Numbered from the stretch's first letter, positions 1-7,265 are shown. The stretch: 28,367 nt of DNA from a virus (IMGVR_UViG_3300031605_000021:1-28367); one strand, 5' to 3'. Program-made: numbers and translations. Notes: generated by a model not told the origin, from the sequence alone.

Positions 1-8
1 TATCTCCC

Positions 9-36
9 ATTATACTCTATTTATCGGCATTGTCAA
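9..36 (-). promoter_or_regulatory. sigma70-type promoter TTGACA-N16-TATAAT (drives gene left of window)
   Basis: + strand attata 9-14, tgtcaa 31-36; GCCGATAA in spacer. Confidence 0.8.
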
Positions 37-63
37 GGGGTAGGCTTGAGGATTTTCTGTACC

Positions 64-501
64 CTAGTCATATATTCTAGCATGCACCTCGTGGTCTACG
101 GCTTGCACTGTTGGCTTACCATTCAGAACATACATCTTCGCCCATCCCGATACTGTCACCGGAATCGGATACTTATCATCACACACGCCAGTCCGTTGAA
201 TGAACGTGTCGTGCTTGTACGGGTTGTACATCACGAAACAAAACGGAGATGCCGGATTGTGGTAAACTGCATTGCAAAACTCGGCATTCATCGCAAGGTA
301 TCCCGACACGCCAGCGTGTACGTTCTTTTTCTTCTCACGCCGCACCCGTGTCTGTCCAGCCTTGCCTACCAAGAATCGACAGTCCTTCAGGAAGACGAGG
401 TTGGTGTGTCCGACAATCTTCCCGCTCTGTCTCACGCTCCACGTTTTCTTGTGGAGGTTCCAGTAGACGTAGAGCCGCTTATCATAGTTGATACAACTCA
501 T
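64..501 (-). CDS. conserved phage hypothetical protein (VYWNLHK..WSVR / RVRREKKKNVHA motif family)
   Basis: ORF 64..540 trimmed to ATG at 501, which overlaps upstream TGA (ATGA); motif recalled from many phage early proteins. Confidence 0.75.
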   Translation of the reverse strand: MSCINYDKRLYVYWNLHKKTWSVRQSGKIVGHTNLVFLKDCRFLVGKAGQTRVRREKKKNVHAGVSGYLAMNAEFCNAVYHNPASPFCFVMYNPYKHDTFIQRTGVCDDKYPIPVTVSGWAKMYVLNGKPTVQAVDHEVHARIYD

Positions 502-710
502 TCCTCGCTCCCGAACATCTTGTCGAAACATGTTCCACACGTTCCGCTAATGAGCAATTCCCGTTCATCCGCCGACAGGTACGGCATGGCGTTCTGGATC
601 AGTTCGCCACCTTGCCACCTGTCCACGTCTTCCGCACACGCCGCCAGAATATGATGCCCATTGCAACACCGGCAACTTACTGAGACCGTGCCGTTTGTTA
701 GTTGTTCCAT
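498..710 (-). CDS. small putative Zn-binding protein (CRCC...CGTC), 70 aa
   Basis: ORF 498..857 trimmed to first ATG downstream of promoter 751-779; two Cys pairs. Confidence 0.7.
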   Translation of the reverse strand: MEQLTNGTVSVSCRCCNGHHILAACAEDVDRWQGGELIQNAMPYLSADERELLISGTCGTCFDKMFGSEE

Positions 711-750
711 CGCGCTGAGACCCTTTGCTTGTGTTTGCGTTTGTTCTTCC

Positions 751-779
751 ATTATACTATACTTATCGGCATTTGTCAA
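751..779 (-). promoter_or_regulatory. sigma70-type promoter TTGACA-N17-TATAAT
   Basis: attata 751-756, tgtcaa 774-779. Confidence 0.85.
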
Positions 780-867
780 CCCCCAACTTGGGCCTTTTTT
801 GCCTTTTCCGCTGGCTATCTCATCTTCGCTTTGATCGGAGCGGTTTTGCTGCGACACCCCTTCTTTC

Positions 868-908
868 GCTGGCTATACATTAGAACATTTACTCGGATGG
901 GTAAGCTA
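868..908. repeat. 41-bp dispersed repeat, copy 1 of 3
   Basis: gctggctatacattagaacatttactcggatgggtaagcta aligns ungapped to 3944-3984 and 5845-5885. Confidence 0.75.
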
Positions 909-953
909 GGACACATACCTAGATTGACCACCTTGCCTCCTCCATCCAGTGTA

Positions 954-1007
954 CCCATCTTGCCTATCCTACCCATCTTGCCTATCCTACCCATCTTGCC
1001 CGTCTTG
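954..1007. repeat. tandem 9-bp array (cccatcttg/cctatccta) x6
   Basis: six consecutive 9-mers; related array at 9085-9138. Confidence 0.9.
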
Positions 1008-1037
1008 TCAGAGTGGCCTTTTCTCCGACATACCTCT

Positions 1038-1065
1038 ATTATACTATAATTATCGGCATTGTCAA
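1038..1065 (-). promoter_or_regulatory. sigma70-type promoter TTGACA-N16-TATAAT
   Basis: attata 1038-1043, tgtcaa 1060-1065. Confidence 0.8.
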
Positions 1066-1082
1066 GGGTGAAACTTTAGGCT

Positions 1083-1109
1083 ATATGTTGTTGCTATGAA
1101 AGGGTTTAC
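1083..1109. repeat. 11-5-11 imperfect palindrome, copy A (degenerate)
   Basis: ATATGTTGTTG ctatg AAAGGGTTTAC followed by G/C tract and tttgtcaacccc as in other copies. Confidence 0.65.
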
Positions 1110-1215
1110 GTCGTCAGGGGGGGCCGCCCCCTCGGCGGATTTTGTCAACCCCGAAAAGTGGAAAACCGGCAGCGGCAGGTAACCAACCCAACCGCCACCG
1201 GCCCACGAAAAGGAT

Positions 1216-1557
1216 TCACTCATCGCCGTTGCTGCTCCACTGATCTTCCAGTTCGGCACCTTCGAGGGTCGCACCAATCGCCTTCATCGCCACGCCCAGA
1301 ACGCAAAAGGTTGACATACAGATCATTTCCTTGGCGAAGTCAGCGGTGACCATAGAATCGGATTCGGATTCGTCGGATTCGTCGGACTTATCTTCGCCCA
1401 TGAACATCGCTACTAGATGCTGAACGGCCATCATCAGGTCGGGTTGATCGTCAGCTAGTTGAGTCATCGTCTGAACTGCAAACTGATCCGGTTCGGCTTG
1501 CGTTGCCTTTTCCATAGTTGCCGTGAGGCAGCCAAGGCTGATTTTTGGAATAGTCAT
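1216..1557 (-). CDS. acidic hypothetical protein, 113 aa
   Basis: ORF with GAGG SD and promoter at 1597-1624. Confidence 0.75.
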   Translation of the reverse strand: MTIPKISLGCLTATMEKATQAEPDQFAVQTMTQLADDQPDLMMAVQHLVAMFMGEDKSDESDESESDSMVTADFAKEMICMSTFCVLGVAMKAIGATLEGAELEDQWSSNGDE

Positions 1558-1596
1558 TGTGTCGTTTCCTCTTTCGTGTCGTTCTTGTTATACTAT

Positions 1597-1624
1597 ATTT
1601 TAGCAGACGTTAGGCCGTTGTCAA
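1597..1624 (-). promoter_or_regulatory. sigma70-type promoter TTGACA-N16-TAAAAT (extended TG)
   Basis: atttta 1597-1602, tgtcaa 1619-1624; overlaps end of upstream gene. Confidence 0.6.
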
Positions 1625-2434
1625 GATCTTCTTTCGATTGTAGGAACCTTTTCCTTTGAGTTTCTTCAACGCTTCCGCCGCCTCGCTTCCTTTCGGTTGC
1701 GTCCCGTGAATCAACAATGCGAAGTTATCATCACGCCAGTCTGGATTCGCCGCGTGGGAATCATCGTGGTCGATAATCAGGTCGAGTTCTTCCGCTTGCT
1801 CTTCGCTGAATACAACCTTAGCAGACCGGAAACCGTACTCGTCAATCATCCAATCATCACGCCCACCATACGACGCCGTCAACACTAGATTCTCGGGAAC
1901 CTCGTTTCTGAGACTATCCCAATATTTCAGACTTTTGGTGTAGGCGTAGAACAGAACGTCTGGTCGATTATTCGCGAGGTGAATCCACGCCTTGAGATAG
2001 TTTTCGTTGAAGAAATCCCCGGCGACGTGAATCCGAACAATCCCGGCATCCACGGGCATTGACCGCCACAATTCCCCGTACATCATCGGCCAGTCGTTTT
2101 TGTTTTCCTTCAGAGTATCATAGTTGTGCTTGCGAAGATTGTACACGTTGGTGTACTGCACCTCTTGCGATGCGGAAAAACAACGGAACTCATTGTCGGG
2201 ACCGTCCTTGATTGTCCGCTTGCCATCTTCACCGACAACCGCTTTCGAGAGACACGCTTTTGCAAACGGGCACGAATAGCCCGACAGTAGGTCCAGACTA
2301 TAGACTTTCCGCCCATTGTCAAGCATACCCGTGCTATCAAGATACTTCGCCACGGGACCATCGGCCAACCGTGCCGTTTTCGCGTTTGCTTTCGACCACT
2401 TCAACATTTGTTTTCCCTTTTGTGTTGTTTCCAT
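1610..2434 (-). CDS. GP88-family phage protein (Cys motif; radical-SAM-like Fe-S candidate)
   Basis: SCPFAKAC...CFSA and RIHVAGDFF...W....P...FYAYTKS motifs; ATG 7 nt after -10 box (alternative start 2407). Confidence 0.75.
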   Translation of the reverse strand: METTQKGKQMLKWSKANAKTARLADGPVAKYLDSTGMLDNGRKVYSLDLLSGYSCPFAKACLSKAVVGEDGKRTIKDGPDNEFRCFSASQEVQYTNVYNLRKHNYDTLKENKNDWPMMYGELWRSMPVDAGIVRIHVAGDFFNENYLKAWIHLANNRPDVLFYAYTKSLKYWDSLRNEVPENLVLTASYGGRDDWMIDEYGFRSAKVVFSEEQAEELDLIIDHDDSHAANPDWRDDNFALLIHGTQPKGSEAAEALKKLKGKGSYNRKKILTTA

Positions 2435-2441
2435 GTCTCCC

Positions 2442-2470
2442 ATTATACTATATATATCGGCATAAATCAA
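2442..2470 (-). promoter_or_regulatory. sigma70-type promoter TTGATT-N17-TATAAT
   Basis: attata 2442-2447, aatcaa 2465-2470. Confidence 0.75.
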
Positions 2471-2510
2471 GCCCGCTCTCCACCTAAAATAGTATTTTGT
2501 AAAAGTAGTT

Positions 2511-2537
2511 GTAAGTCGTTGCGTGGTAAGGGGTTAC
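2511..2537. repeat. 11-5-11 imperfect palindrome, copy B
   Basis: GTAAGTCGTTG cgtgg TAAGGGGTTAC. Confidence 0.9.
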
Positions 2538-2571
2538 GTCGGCAAACGGGGGGGCCGGTTTCGGCCTTTTG

Positions 2572-2697
2572 TCAAGTCCAACCGTCATCCTTAGTATTAT
2601 AATCTCCGTTGATAAACCAAGCCATACAACGGGCCACCCACTTGAAGCCAGTTGTTATAAGAGGCTTTCCATCTTTGGGGTCAAACACTTCCCACAT
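2572..2697 (-). CDS. small hypothetical protein, 41 aa (MWEVFDPKDGKPL...)
   Basis: hand-translated; starts right after upstream stop with GGAG upstream; below ORF-track cutoff. Confidence 0.55.
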   Translation of the reverse strand: MWEVFDPKDGKPLITTGFKWVARCMAWFINGDYNTKDDGWT

Positions 2698-2698
2698 A

Positions 2699-2938
2699 CT
2701 ATTCTCCAAAGTCAAAGTCGGTTTGTCCTGCAAGAGGAAAGTTATCACCTAGAGGGGTGCTAGGATCAAACGGCTGTTGACGCTTGGCATCGTTTAACTT
2801 TTCAATCAGCGAATCCAGCAGGGTTACCTCTATGGGATGAGTTGCCTTGTCAGAGTATTCATCTCCGGTATGTACGAAAATGTGTTCTCTTAGAATATCA
2901 ATCAACAACTCCGTTTGTCCGTTTTCAATAACGATCAT
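2699..2938 (-). CDS. hypothetical protein, 79 aa
   Basis: abuts neighbours in same-strand operon. Confidence 0.65.
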   Translation of the reverse strand: MIVIENGQTELLIDILREHIFVHTGDEYSDKATHPIEVTLLDSLIEKLNDAKRQQPFDPSTPLGDNFPLAGQTDFDFGE

Positions 2939-3145
2939 TTACATCGATTCCTTGATTGCGTTTTGGTTCTGGTTTGCCCGTGTGCGGTTGCGTTTGGTTC
3001 GCCTGTCCTCGTGGTTTCCCGCTCCCGCCTTGTTGACGGAATGAATCCGTCCAGCCTTCCACGGTTCACTCTCAATCGTGATTGTGATGCAGTTAGCACC
3101 AAACTCGATTGTACCGCGATCCGTCTTTTTGGTCTTATACTTCAT
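2939..3145 (-). CDS. basic hypothetical protein, 68 aa
   Basis: ORF trimmed to ATG 3145 with GGAG SD. Confidence 0.65.
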   Translation of the reverse strand: MKYKTKKTDRGTIEFGANCITITIESEPWKAGRIHSVNKAGAGNHEDRRTKRNRTRANQNQNAIKESM

Positions 3146-3491
3146 CGTCGATCTCCACCCATCCATTCTCTACAGCACCCTTGACGAAAGCAACCTCAAT
3201 TCGGTACTGCCTGCCGTCGTCCACGTCGTATTCGATAGTCTCGTTGTTTTCCCACTGTTGCCGATAGTTCTCAACCCGCTGAGCCTTTGCGGCCTTGTCG
3301 ATCTGGTGTTGAGTTGGGCCATGTTCCTTGACGTGCATTGTATCAAGCTCGGCCAGAGAACGCAAACCAGTTTTCTCGTTGCGGTATTCTTCCGACAGCA
3401 TATGGTTTGGGACTTCGATGGCTTCCATCAATGCCTCCCGATACTGTGCGATCAATTTTCCGCCGATTGTCTTGTCGAAATTGTAACTCAT
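3135..3491 (-). CDS. hypothetical protein, 118 aa
   Basis: ATGA overlap with upstream small ORF. Confidence 0.7.
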   Translation of the reverse strand: MSYNFDKTIGGKLIAQYREALMEAIEVPNHMLSEEYRNEKTGLRSLAELDTMHVKEHGPTQHQIDKAAKAQRVENYRQQWENNETIEYDVDDGRQYRIEVAFVKGAVENGWVEIDDEV

Positions 3492-3568
3492 TGTTCCCTC
3501 AGTGCAACGTAAATCAGATACAGAGCAGCGCTAGTTGAAAGTAGTAACCACCACGGACTCATAAGCAT
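3488..3568 (-). CDS. 26-aa hydrophobic peptide (MLMSPWWLLLSTSAALYLIYVALREQ)
   Basis: AAGGAG SD, promoter directly upstream, ATGA coupling to next gene. Confidence 0.6.
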   Translation of the reverse strand: MLMSPWWLLLSTSAALYLIYVALREQ

Positions 3569-3584
3569 GTCTCCTTGTTCGTAT

Positions 3585-3613
3585 ATTATACCATCTTGTC
3601 ATCTGTTTGTCAA
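3585..3613 (-). promoter_or_regulatory. sigma70-type promoter TTGACA-N17-TATAAT
   Basis: attata 3585-3590, tgtcaa 3608-3613; -35 contains the TGA stop of upstream gene. Confidence 0.85.
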
Positions 3614-3810
3614 CCCACTTTCTCCATATCCTTTTCTCTTACAAAGACGTGCTCAGTCGGCCAGCCTTGTCCGGGGAATAGATCGATCTGGTACAGTCCA
3701 TAGTCAAGACCTTTGGCGAGTGGTAGGCCAGTGACGATACCAGCAAACTGGGTCGTCCTCACCTTGTCACCAATCTTGAACTTGTGTTCTGGGTGTGGGT
3801 ATTTGCTCAT
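3610..3810 (-). CDS. small SH3/KOW-like protein (FKIGDKVR), probably leaderless
   Basis: ATG 7 nt after -10 box at 3818-3823. Confidence 0.7.
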   Translation of the reverse strand: MSKYPHPEHKFKIGDKVRTTQFAGIVTGLPLAKGLDYGLYQIDLFPGQGWPTEHVFVREKDMEKVG

Positions 3811-3817
3811 ATTTACC

Positions 3818-3846
3818 ATTATACAATATATATCGGCATTTGTAAA
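3818..3846 (-). promoter_or_regulatory. sigma70-type promoter TTTACA-N17-TATAAT
   Basis: attata 3818-3823, tgtaaa 3841-3846. Confidence 0.8.
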
Positions 3847-3886
3847 CCCAAAGCTCCACCTTTTCTCAGGTTTTGTCAAAGTAGTC

Positions 3887-3913
3887 ATAACTCGTTGCTA
3901 TCACTGCACTTAC
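3887..3913. repeat. 11-5-11 imperfect palindrome, copy C
   Basis: ATAACTCGTTG ctatc ACTGCACTTAC, preceded by aaagtagtc, followed by ccgccccgccc. Confidence 0.8.
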
Positions 3914-3943
3914 GGCGGTGAACCGCCCCGCCCCCCTTTGCGG

Positions 3944-3984
3944 GCTGTCTATACATTTGGACATTTACCCGGCTGGTTAGGCTA
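3944..3984. repeat. 41-bp dispersed repeat, copy 2 of 3
   Basis: gctgtctatacatttggacatttacccggctggttaggcta. Confidence 0.75.
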
Positions 3985-3997
3985 AGACCAGTCCGCA

Positions 3998-4147
3998 TCA
4001 ATCCTTCTTCGCATCTCGCATTTTCCTCCACGTTGTTTTATCACAGTAGACCCAGCCACTATCGACCAGTTTCTTGATAGCCTCGCAGTGGGCCACTGTG
4101 GAATGTTCCATCCGTTTGAACTTGCCGCCTTTACTTAATGTCTTCAT
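3998..4147 (-). CDS. small basic protein, 49 aa (MKTLSKGGKFKR...)
   Basis: hand-translated; overlaps upstream gene end. Confidence 0.55.
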   Translation of the reverse strand: MKTLSKGGKFKRMEHSTVAHCEAIKKLVDSGWVYCDKTTWRKMRDAKKD

Positions 4148-4283
4148 GAGTCATATCCCTTAGTTCTTGATTCTTGTCAGAGACTAGGCCTGTGAAGATC
4201 ACAACCTCGCCTTCCATATCCTCTATCACATGGCACATCGGAAAGTGTTTCAATGCAATCCTGAAAACGTCATCGAGTTTCAT
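4131..4283 (-). CDS. small hypothetical protein, 50 aa (MKLDDVFRIALKHFP...)
   Basis: hand-translated; AGGAG SD. Confidence 0.6.
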   Translation of the reverse strand: MKLDDVFRIALKHFPMCHVIEDMEGEVVIFTGLVSDKNQELRDMTHEDIK

Positions 4284-4296
4284 CGAAGTCTAACTC

Positions 4297-4713
4297 CTAT
4301 TGTCCGGGGAGTGGGAACGGGTACTGGTCGCTGGGCGTAGGATCTTCCACAGGGTCGCCTAAAGATTTATGGTCGTGAAGATTCGATGCCCGATTGATAA
4401 AGTCCAACACCTGCTCAACGTTGAGGTAGCCAGCAACATTATCATAGAAAGCATCGTCTCTCTTGTTTCGTGGGCCAGTCAGTCCCGGCACAGACACCCA
4501 CGACAGATTCGTGCCAGTAACGTAGGCGGCACACTCAGCGAGATCTGAACCCCACGCTTCGGCCTTCTTCGGGGCGTCAAAGTCGGCATCCCTACATTCG
4601 CTGTCGCTGTAGTTGCCCGGACCCCATTGGACGGAAACTGTCACGCTGTTGGGCAGGTCCAAGTGAAACCCTTTACCACCTGTGATTCGCATTTTCTTGT
4701 CTGTCATCGTCAT
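4297..4713 (-). CDS. phage hypothetical protein (GFHL.LPN.VTVSVQWGPGNY motif)
   Basis: ORF trimmed to ATG 4713 (or 4707), AAGGA SD, downstream of promoter. Confidence 0.75.
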   Translation of the reverse strand: MTMTDKKMRITGGKGFHLDLPNSVTVSVQWGPGNYSDSECRDADFDAPKKAEAWGSDLAECAAYVTGTNLSWVSVPGLTGPRNKRDDAFYDNVAGYLNVEQVLDFINRASNLHDHKSLGDPVEDPTPSDQYPFPLPGQ

Positions 4714-4744
4714 CTTCCTTGTTCGCGTGTTTGTTATATCTCCC

Positions 4745-4772
4745 ATTATAGTATATTATCGGCATATGTCAA
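4745..4772 (-). promoter_or_regulatory. sigma70-type promoter TTGACA-N16-TATAAT
   Basis: attata 4745-4750, tgtcaa 4767-4772. Confidence 0.8.
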
Positions 4773-4812
4773 GGATGAACTCCAGCTAAAATAATATTTT
4801 ACCAAAGTGGTC

Positions 4813-4839
4813 GTAAACCGTTGTGTGGCAAGGGGTTAT
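4813..4839. repeat. 11-5-11 imperfect palindrome, copy D
   Basis: GTAAACCGTTG tgtgg CAAGGGGTTAT. Confidence 0.85.
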
Positions 4840-4891
4840 GGCGTCGGGGGGGGCCGCCCCTCGGCCCGGATTTGTCAACCCCGAAACGTGA

Positions 4892-4981
4892 CTATCTTGT
4901 CGCCACAATAATAAATATCCAGAACGTCAGCGCCGCCACCGTCGTCAAAGTGTCTCGATCAATCTTTCTCAGCATCCTCAT
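4892..4981 (-). CDS. 29-aa hydrophobic peptide
   Basis: hand-translated MRMLRKIDRDTLTTVAALTFWIFIIVATR; ATGA overlap with upstream gene. Confidence 0.5.
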   Translation of the reverse strand: MRMLRKIDRDTLTTVAALTFWIFIIVATR

Positions 4982-5172
4982 ACGTCAACCGTCTCCATAC
5001 GATCAGAAATCTCATGAGCCATATCAACAGCCTCGTCGCTGCTAGTGGTTGTGGAAACTACGTCCCACATACAATCATCCGGCCCATCCGCGACTAATGC
5101 CCACACCTCGAAATCATCGGTGTCGTGGCAATAGATAACCTCAACTCCGTCCAGCGTCAAAACTTTTTCCAT
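4978..5172 (-). CDS. acidic hypothetical protein, 64 aa
   Basis: ORF track; GAGGG SD. Confidence 0.65.
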   Translation of the reverse strand: MEKVLTLDGVEVIYCHDTDDFEVWALVADGPDDCMWDVVSTTTSSDEAVDMAHEISDRMETVDV

Positions 5173-5204
5173 TCTATATCCCTCTCACTTTCCAGATCTC
5201 TCTC

Positions 5205-5236
5205 TTGTCAGAAAAATGTATACGCTTTTCTGACAA
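5205..5236. repeat. 32-bp intergenic inverted repeat
   Basis: TTGTCAGAAAA atgtatacgc TTTTCTGACAA. Confidence 0.8.
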
Positions 5237-5239
5237 TCC

Positions 5240-5446
5240 TCAAACAAGCTCTACAGGCACTGCTCGAAGATGCAAGCCGTCAAGCCCGCAAGCCTCAAAG
5301 AATCGCGTTCTGTCGAATCGCGGATTGTCATTCGCAAAGTAGTTTGCGATGTCTGTGGCGATCTCGTAGCAGGCATCTCGCCCAGCCTTGGGAACGTGCT
5401 TTTTGATGATTGCCGCTTGTACTTCGTAAACTTTTCGTGATAGCAT
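5240..5446 (-). CDS. conserved small phage protein (DNPRFDR.RF..ACG motif)
   Basis: motif recalled from many phage early genes; own promoter. Confidence 0.75.
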   Translation of the reverse strand: MLSRKVYEVQAAIIKKHVPKAGRDACYEIATDIANYFANDNPRFDRTRFFEACGLDGLHLRAVPVELV

Positions 5447-5482
5447 GTGTGTTCTCTTTTCGTTTCGTTATTGTATATGTGT

Positions 5483-5511
5483 ATTATACCAAGTACGGCT
5501 TAGCTTGTCAA
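5483..5511 (-). promoter_or_regulatory. sigma70-type promoter TTGACA-N17-TATAAT (extended TG)
   Basis: attata 5483-5488, tgtcaa 5506-5511. Confidence 0.85.
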
Positions 5512-5696
5512 GCCACTCGCTTTACTTCGCTTGGCTTGTAATGTCCCCACGTCTGGCTATTCCTAGGAATGTCCAACAGTAGTGTCCCGGCATGGTAGCC
5601 TTGAATCACGGCCAACACTTTACCCACGCGGTAACCCACCCGAACCTTGTCGCCTCTTTTGAATTCAATCATCGTTCCCCTTTTCTTGTTTCTCAT
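5508..5696 (-). CDS. small SH3/KOW-like protein (FKRGDKVR)
   Basis: ATG 7 nt after -10; alternative start 5672. Confidence 0.65.
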   Translation of the reverse strand: MRNKKRGTMIEFKRGDKVRVGYRVGKVLAVIQGYHAGTLLLDIPRNSQTWGHYKPSEVKRVA

Positions 5697-5703
5697 AACT
5701 ACC

Positions 5704-5732
5704 ATTATATCTATATTATCGACATAAATCAA
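5704..5732 (-). promoter_or_regulatory. sigma70-type promoter TTGATT-N17-TATAAT
   Basis: attata 5704-5709, aatcaa 5727-5732. Confidence 0.75.
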
Positions 5733-5772
5733 CCCCAAGCTCCACCTAAAATATTATTTTGTCAAAGTAGTC

Positions 5773-5799
5773 ATAAGTCGTTGATGTCAAAGGAGTTAC
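5773..5799. repeat. 11-5-11 imperfect palindrome, copy E
   Basis: ATAAGTCGTTG atgtc AAAGGAGTTAC. Confidence 0.9.
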
Positions 5800-5844
5800 G
5801 TCTCCGGGGGGGCGGCCCCCTCCACTTTTTGCTGGCGACCACTG

Positions 5845-5885
5845 GCTGGCTGTATATTGAGATATTTACCCGGCTGGTTAAGCCG
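5845..5885. repeat. 41-bp dispersed repeat, copy 3 of 3
   Basis: gctggctgtatattgagatatttacccggctggttaagccg. Confidence 0.75.
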
Positions 5886-5963
5886 AGACTCAATGGTCAA
5901 TCGGCCAAATAGCCCAAATTGCCTCAACCCCCCAGTTTGCCCAAACCCCCCAGCTTACCAAAT

Positions 5964-5996
5964 AAAAAACACCCCGCCGCAAGCTGCGACGAGGTG
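5964..5996 (-). terminator. intrinsic terminator
   Basis: minus strand CACCTCGTCGC-agctt-GCGGCGGGGTG followed by TTTTTT. Confidence 0.8.
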
Positions 5997-5999
5997 GAA

Positions 6000-6170
6000 A
6001 GGGAATCGCTGCCAGAGTGTATGTTATGGGTCGGCCTCAATAATAGAGGAGCTTTGCACCCTTTGTTTGTATTAGGCTTTCAGTGGCTCTCAACCCTAGT
6101 CCGCGTTTATACCCCTCGCAGGTCGTTAGGCTTTCACTTCTGCGACAGGGAGCGGACTCCAGTAGCCTGT
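6000..6170 (-). ncRNA. candidate structured non-coding RNA
   Basis: no credible minus-strand ORF; nested stems agtccgc/gcggact, tcgcag/ctgcga, aggct/agcct; TGAAAGCCTAA twice; lies between promoter and terminator. Confidence 0.35.
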
Positions 6171-6174
6171 TGTG

Positions 6175-6276
6175 CTATTTGAACCACGGATGTCGTTTTG
6201 CATCCGCGATACCGATCATGATAACCGGAGTAATGATTGCTGTGAACATTGCAACTGTGATGATTGTGTTTGTCAT
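6175..6276 (-). CDS. 33-aa hydrophobic peptide, leaderless
   Basis: MTNTIITVAMFTAIITPVIMIGIADAKRHPWFK; ATG 6 nt after -10. Confidence 0.6.
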   Translation of the reverse strand: MTNTIITVAMFTAIITPVIMIGIADAKRHPWFK

Positions 6277-6282
6277 ATCTCT

Positions 6283-6311
6283 ATTGTACCAGATTGTTCG
6301 TGTGTTGTCAA
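6283..6311 (-). promoter_or_regulatory. sigma70-type promoter TTGACA-N17-TACAAT (extended TG)
   Basis: attgta 6283-6288, tgtcaa 6306-6311. Confidence 0.8.
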
Positions 6312-6330
6312 CCGCGTTTTCCAAAGTTTT

Positions 6331-6597
6331 TCAGTTCACATGCGGCCAGTGGGAAGATGCTCGGGAGGAACTGGGTTCTCGTTTTGTCGGACCTTTGTAG
6401 CAGTCCAACACGTCGGGGATGAAATCCTCGTCCACGTTCATGTGGTAGTTCACGGCAACTGTTGCAAGCCCCGAGTCACGCAAAACCCTGCCGATTTCAG
6501 CGATCTTGGATCGCTCATTCGACAAGCCCTTTTTCATTTGGTCCGCGATTGTTTGTGGGTAGTAGCTCATAACTTTTTCCTTCTCATTGTTTCTCAT
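6331..6597 (-). CDS. hypothetical protein, 88 aa
   Basis: ATG 6 nt after -10; alternative start 6570. Confidence 0.7.
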   Translation of the reverse strand: MRNNEKEKVMSYYPQTIADQMKKGLSNERSKIAEIGRVLRDSGLATVAVNYHMNVDEDFIPDVLDCYKGPTKREPSSSRASSHWPHVN

Positions 6598-6603
6598 GCC
6601 CCT

Positions 6604-6632
6604 ATTATATCAGATAGGCGGCATCTTGTCAA
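6604..6632 (-). promoter_or_regulatory. sigma70-type promoter TTGACA-N17-TATAAT
   Basis: attata 6604-6609, tgtcaa 6627-6632. Confidence 0.85.
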
Positions 6633-6667
6633 GCCCGATCAGGGCTTTTCCTTGCTTCCTATATATA

Positions 6668-6696
6668 TTATCGGCATTTTTCACCCTCCGGCATCA
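6668..6696 (-). promoter_or_regulatory. sigma28-like element TGATG-N16-GCCGATAA without sigma70 boxes
   Basis: same geometry as 8 other GCCGATA sites, but -35 position reads GTGAAA and there is no TATAAT. Confidence 0.45.
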
Positions 6697-6724
6697 CCCT
6701 TTCTCAAATTTTGCAAAAGTAGTC

Positions 6725-6751
6725 GTAAGTCGTTGGTACGCAAGGGGTTAC
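6725..6751. repeat. 11-5-11 imperfect palindrome, copy F
   Basis: GTAAGTCGTTG gtacg CAAGGGGTTAC. Confidence 0.9.
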
Positions 6752-6811
6752 GGCGCGAAACCGCCCCGCCCCTGCGACCCGCCTTGTCAACCCCACGGAG
6801 GCGTTGTCGTG

Positions 6812-7045
6812 TTAGCATGACCATTTTGTATCTTGGTAGTAGTCGAATCCGCTTGGACCATCACCGGCGTGATTCTCGAAACCGTTCCCGCCGAAGTGCG
6901 GTTGTTCAAGCAATGCCTTCTCAACGCCTCCTTCAACGTATCTGCCGTTGGTGCAATCGTAGCAATCGCATTCGCTCCACGTCGTGTTGTGAGCGTCTTC
7001 CGCTTTCGCGTTTTCGGTCAAGCCATGTTCAAAGTCAATCGTCAT
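6812..7045 (-). CDS. acidic hypothetical protein with CxCxxC, 77 aa
   Basis: ORF track; AAAGGG upstream. Confidence 0.65.
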   Translation of the reverse strand: MTIDFEHGLTENAKAEDAHNTTWSECDCYDCTNGRYVEGGVEKALLEQPHFGGNGFENHAGDGPSGFDYYQDTKWSC

Positions 7046-7145
7046 TGTGTTACCCTTTCAAGGTGTTTTGTATTGTGTCCCGCCATTGTTTACTTGTTAG
7101 GCTTCAAGCGTTGTTGTTTACTTGTTCAACTTCAAGTTACGACGA

Positions 7146-7259
7146 TCAATCGTAATGCTTCCATTGCATAGGCTCCGGCTTGATGACCGGCTTGATGACC
7201 GGCTTGGTAACCGGCTTCTTGGTGTTTTTGTTTTTCATCATGTTGTTTGTTTTTCTCAT
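7146..7259 (-). CDS. 37-aa Lys/Pro-rich peptide with KPV(I/T) repeats
   Basis: ATG 6 nt after -10; 12-bp repeat ccggcttgatga x4 (degenerate) at 7175-7222. Confidence 0.5.
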   Translation of the reverse strand: MRKTNNMMKNKNTKKPVTKPVIKPVIKPEPMQWKHYD

Positions 7260-7265
7260 AAGTAT

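Noticed and set aside
1357-1390. tcggattcg short repeat
   Set aside because: Simply encodes an acidic SDESDESESDS linker.
6050-6170. Twister/hammerhead ribozyme or c-di-GMP riboswitch call
   Set aside because: Only superficial resemblance; conserved cores not found, so it is left as an unassigned ncRNA candidate.
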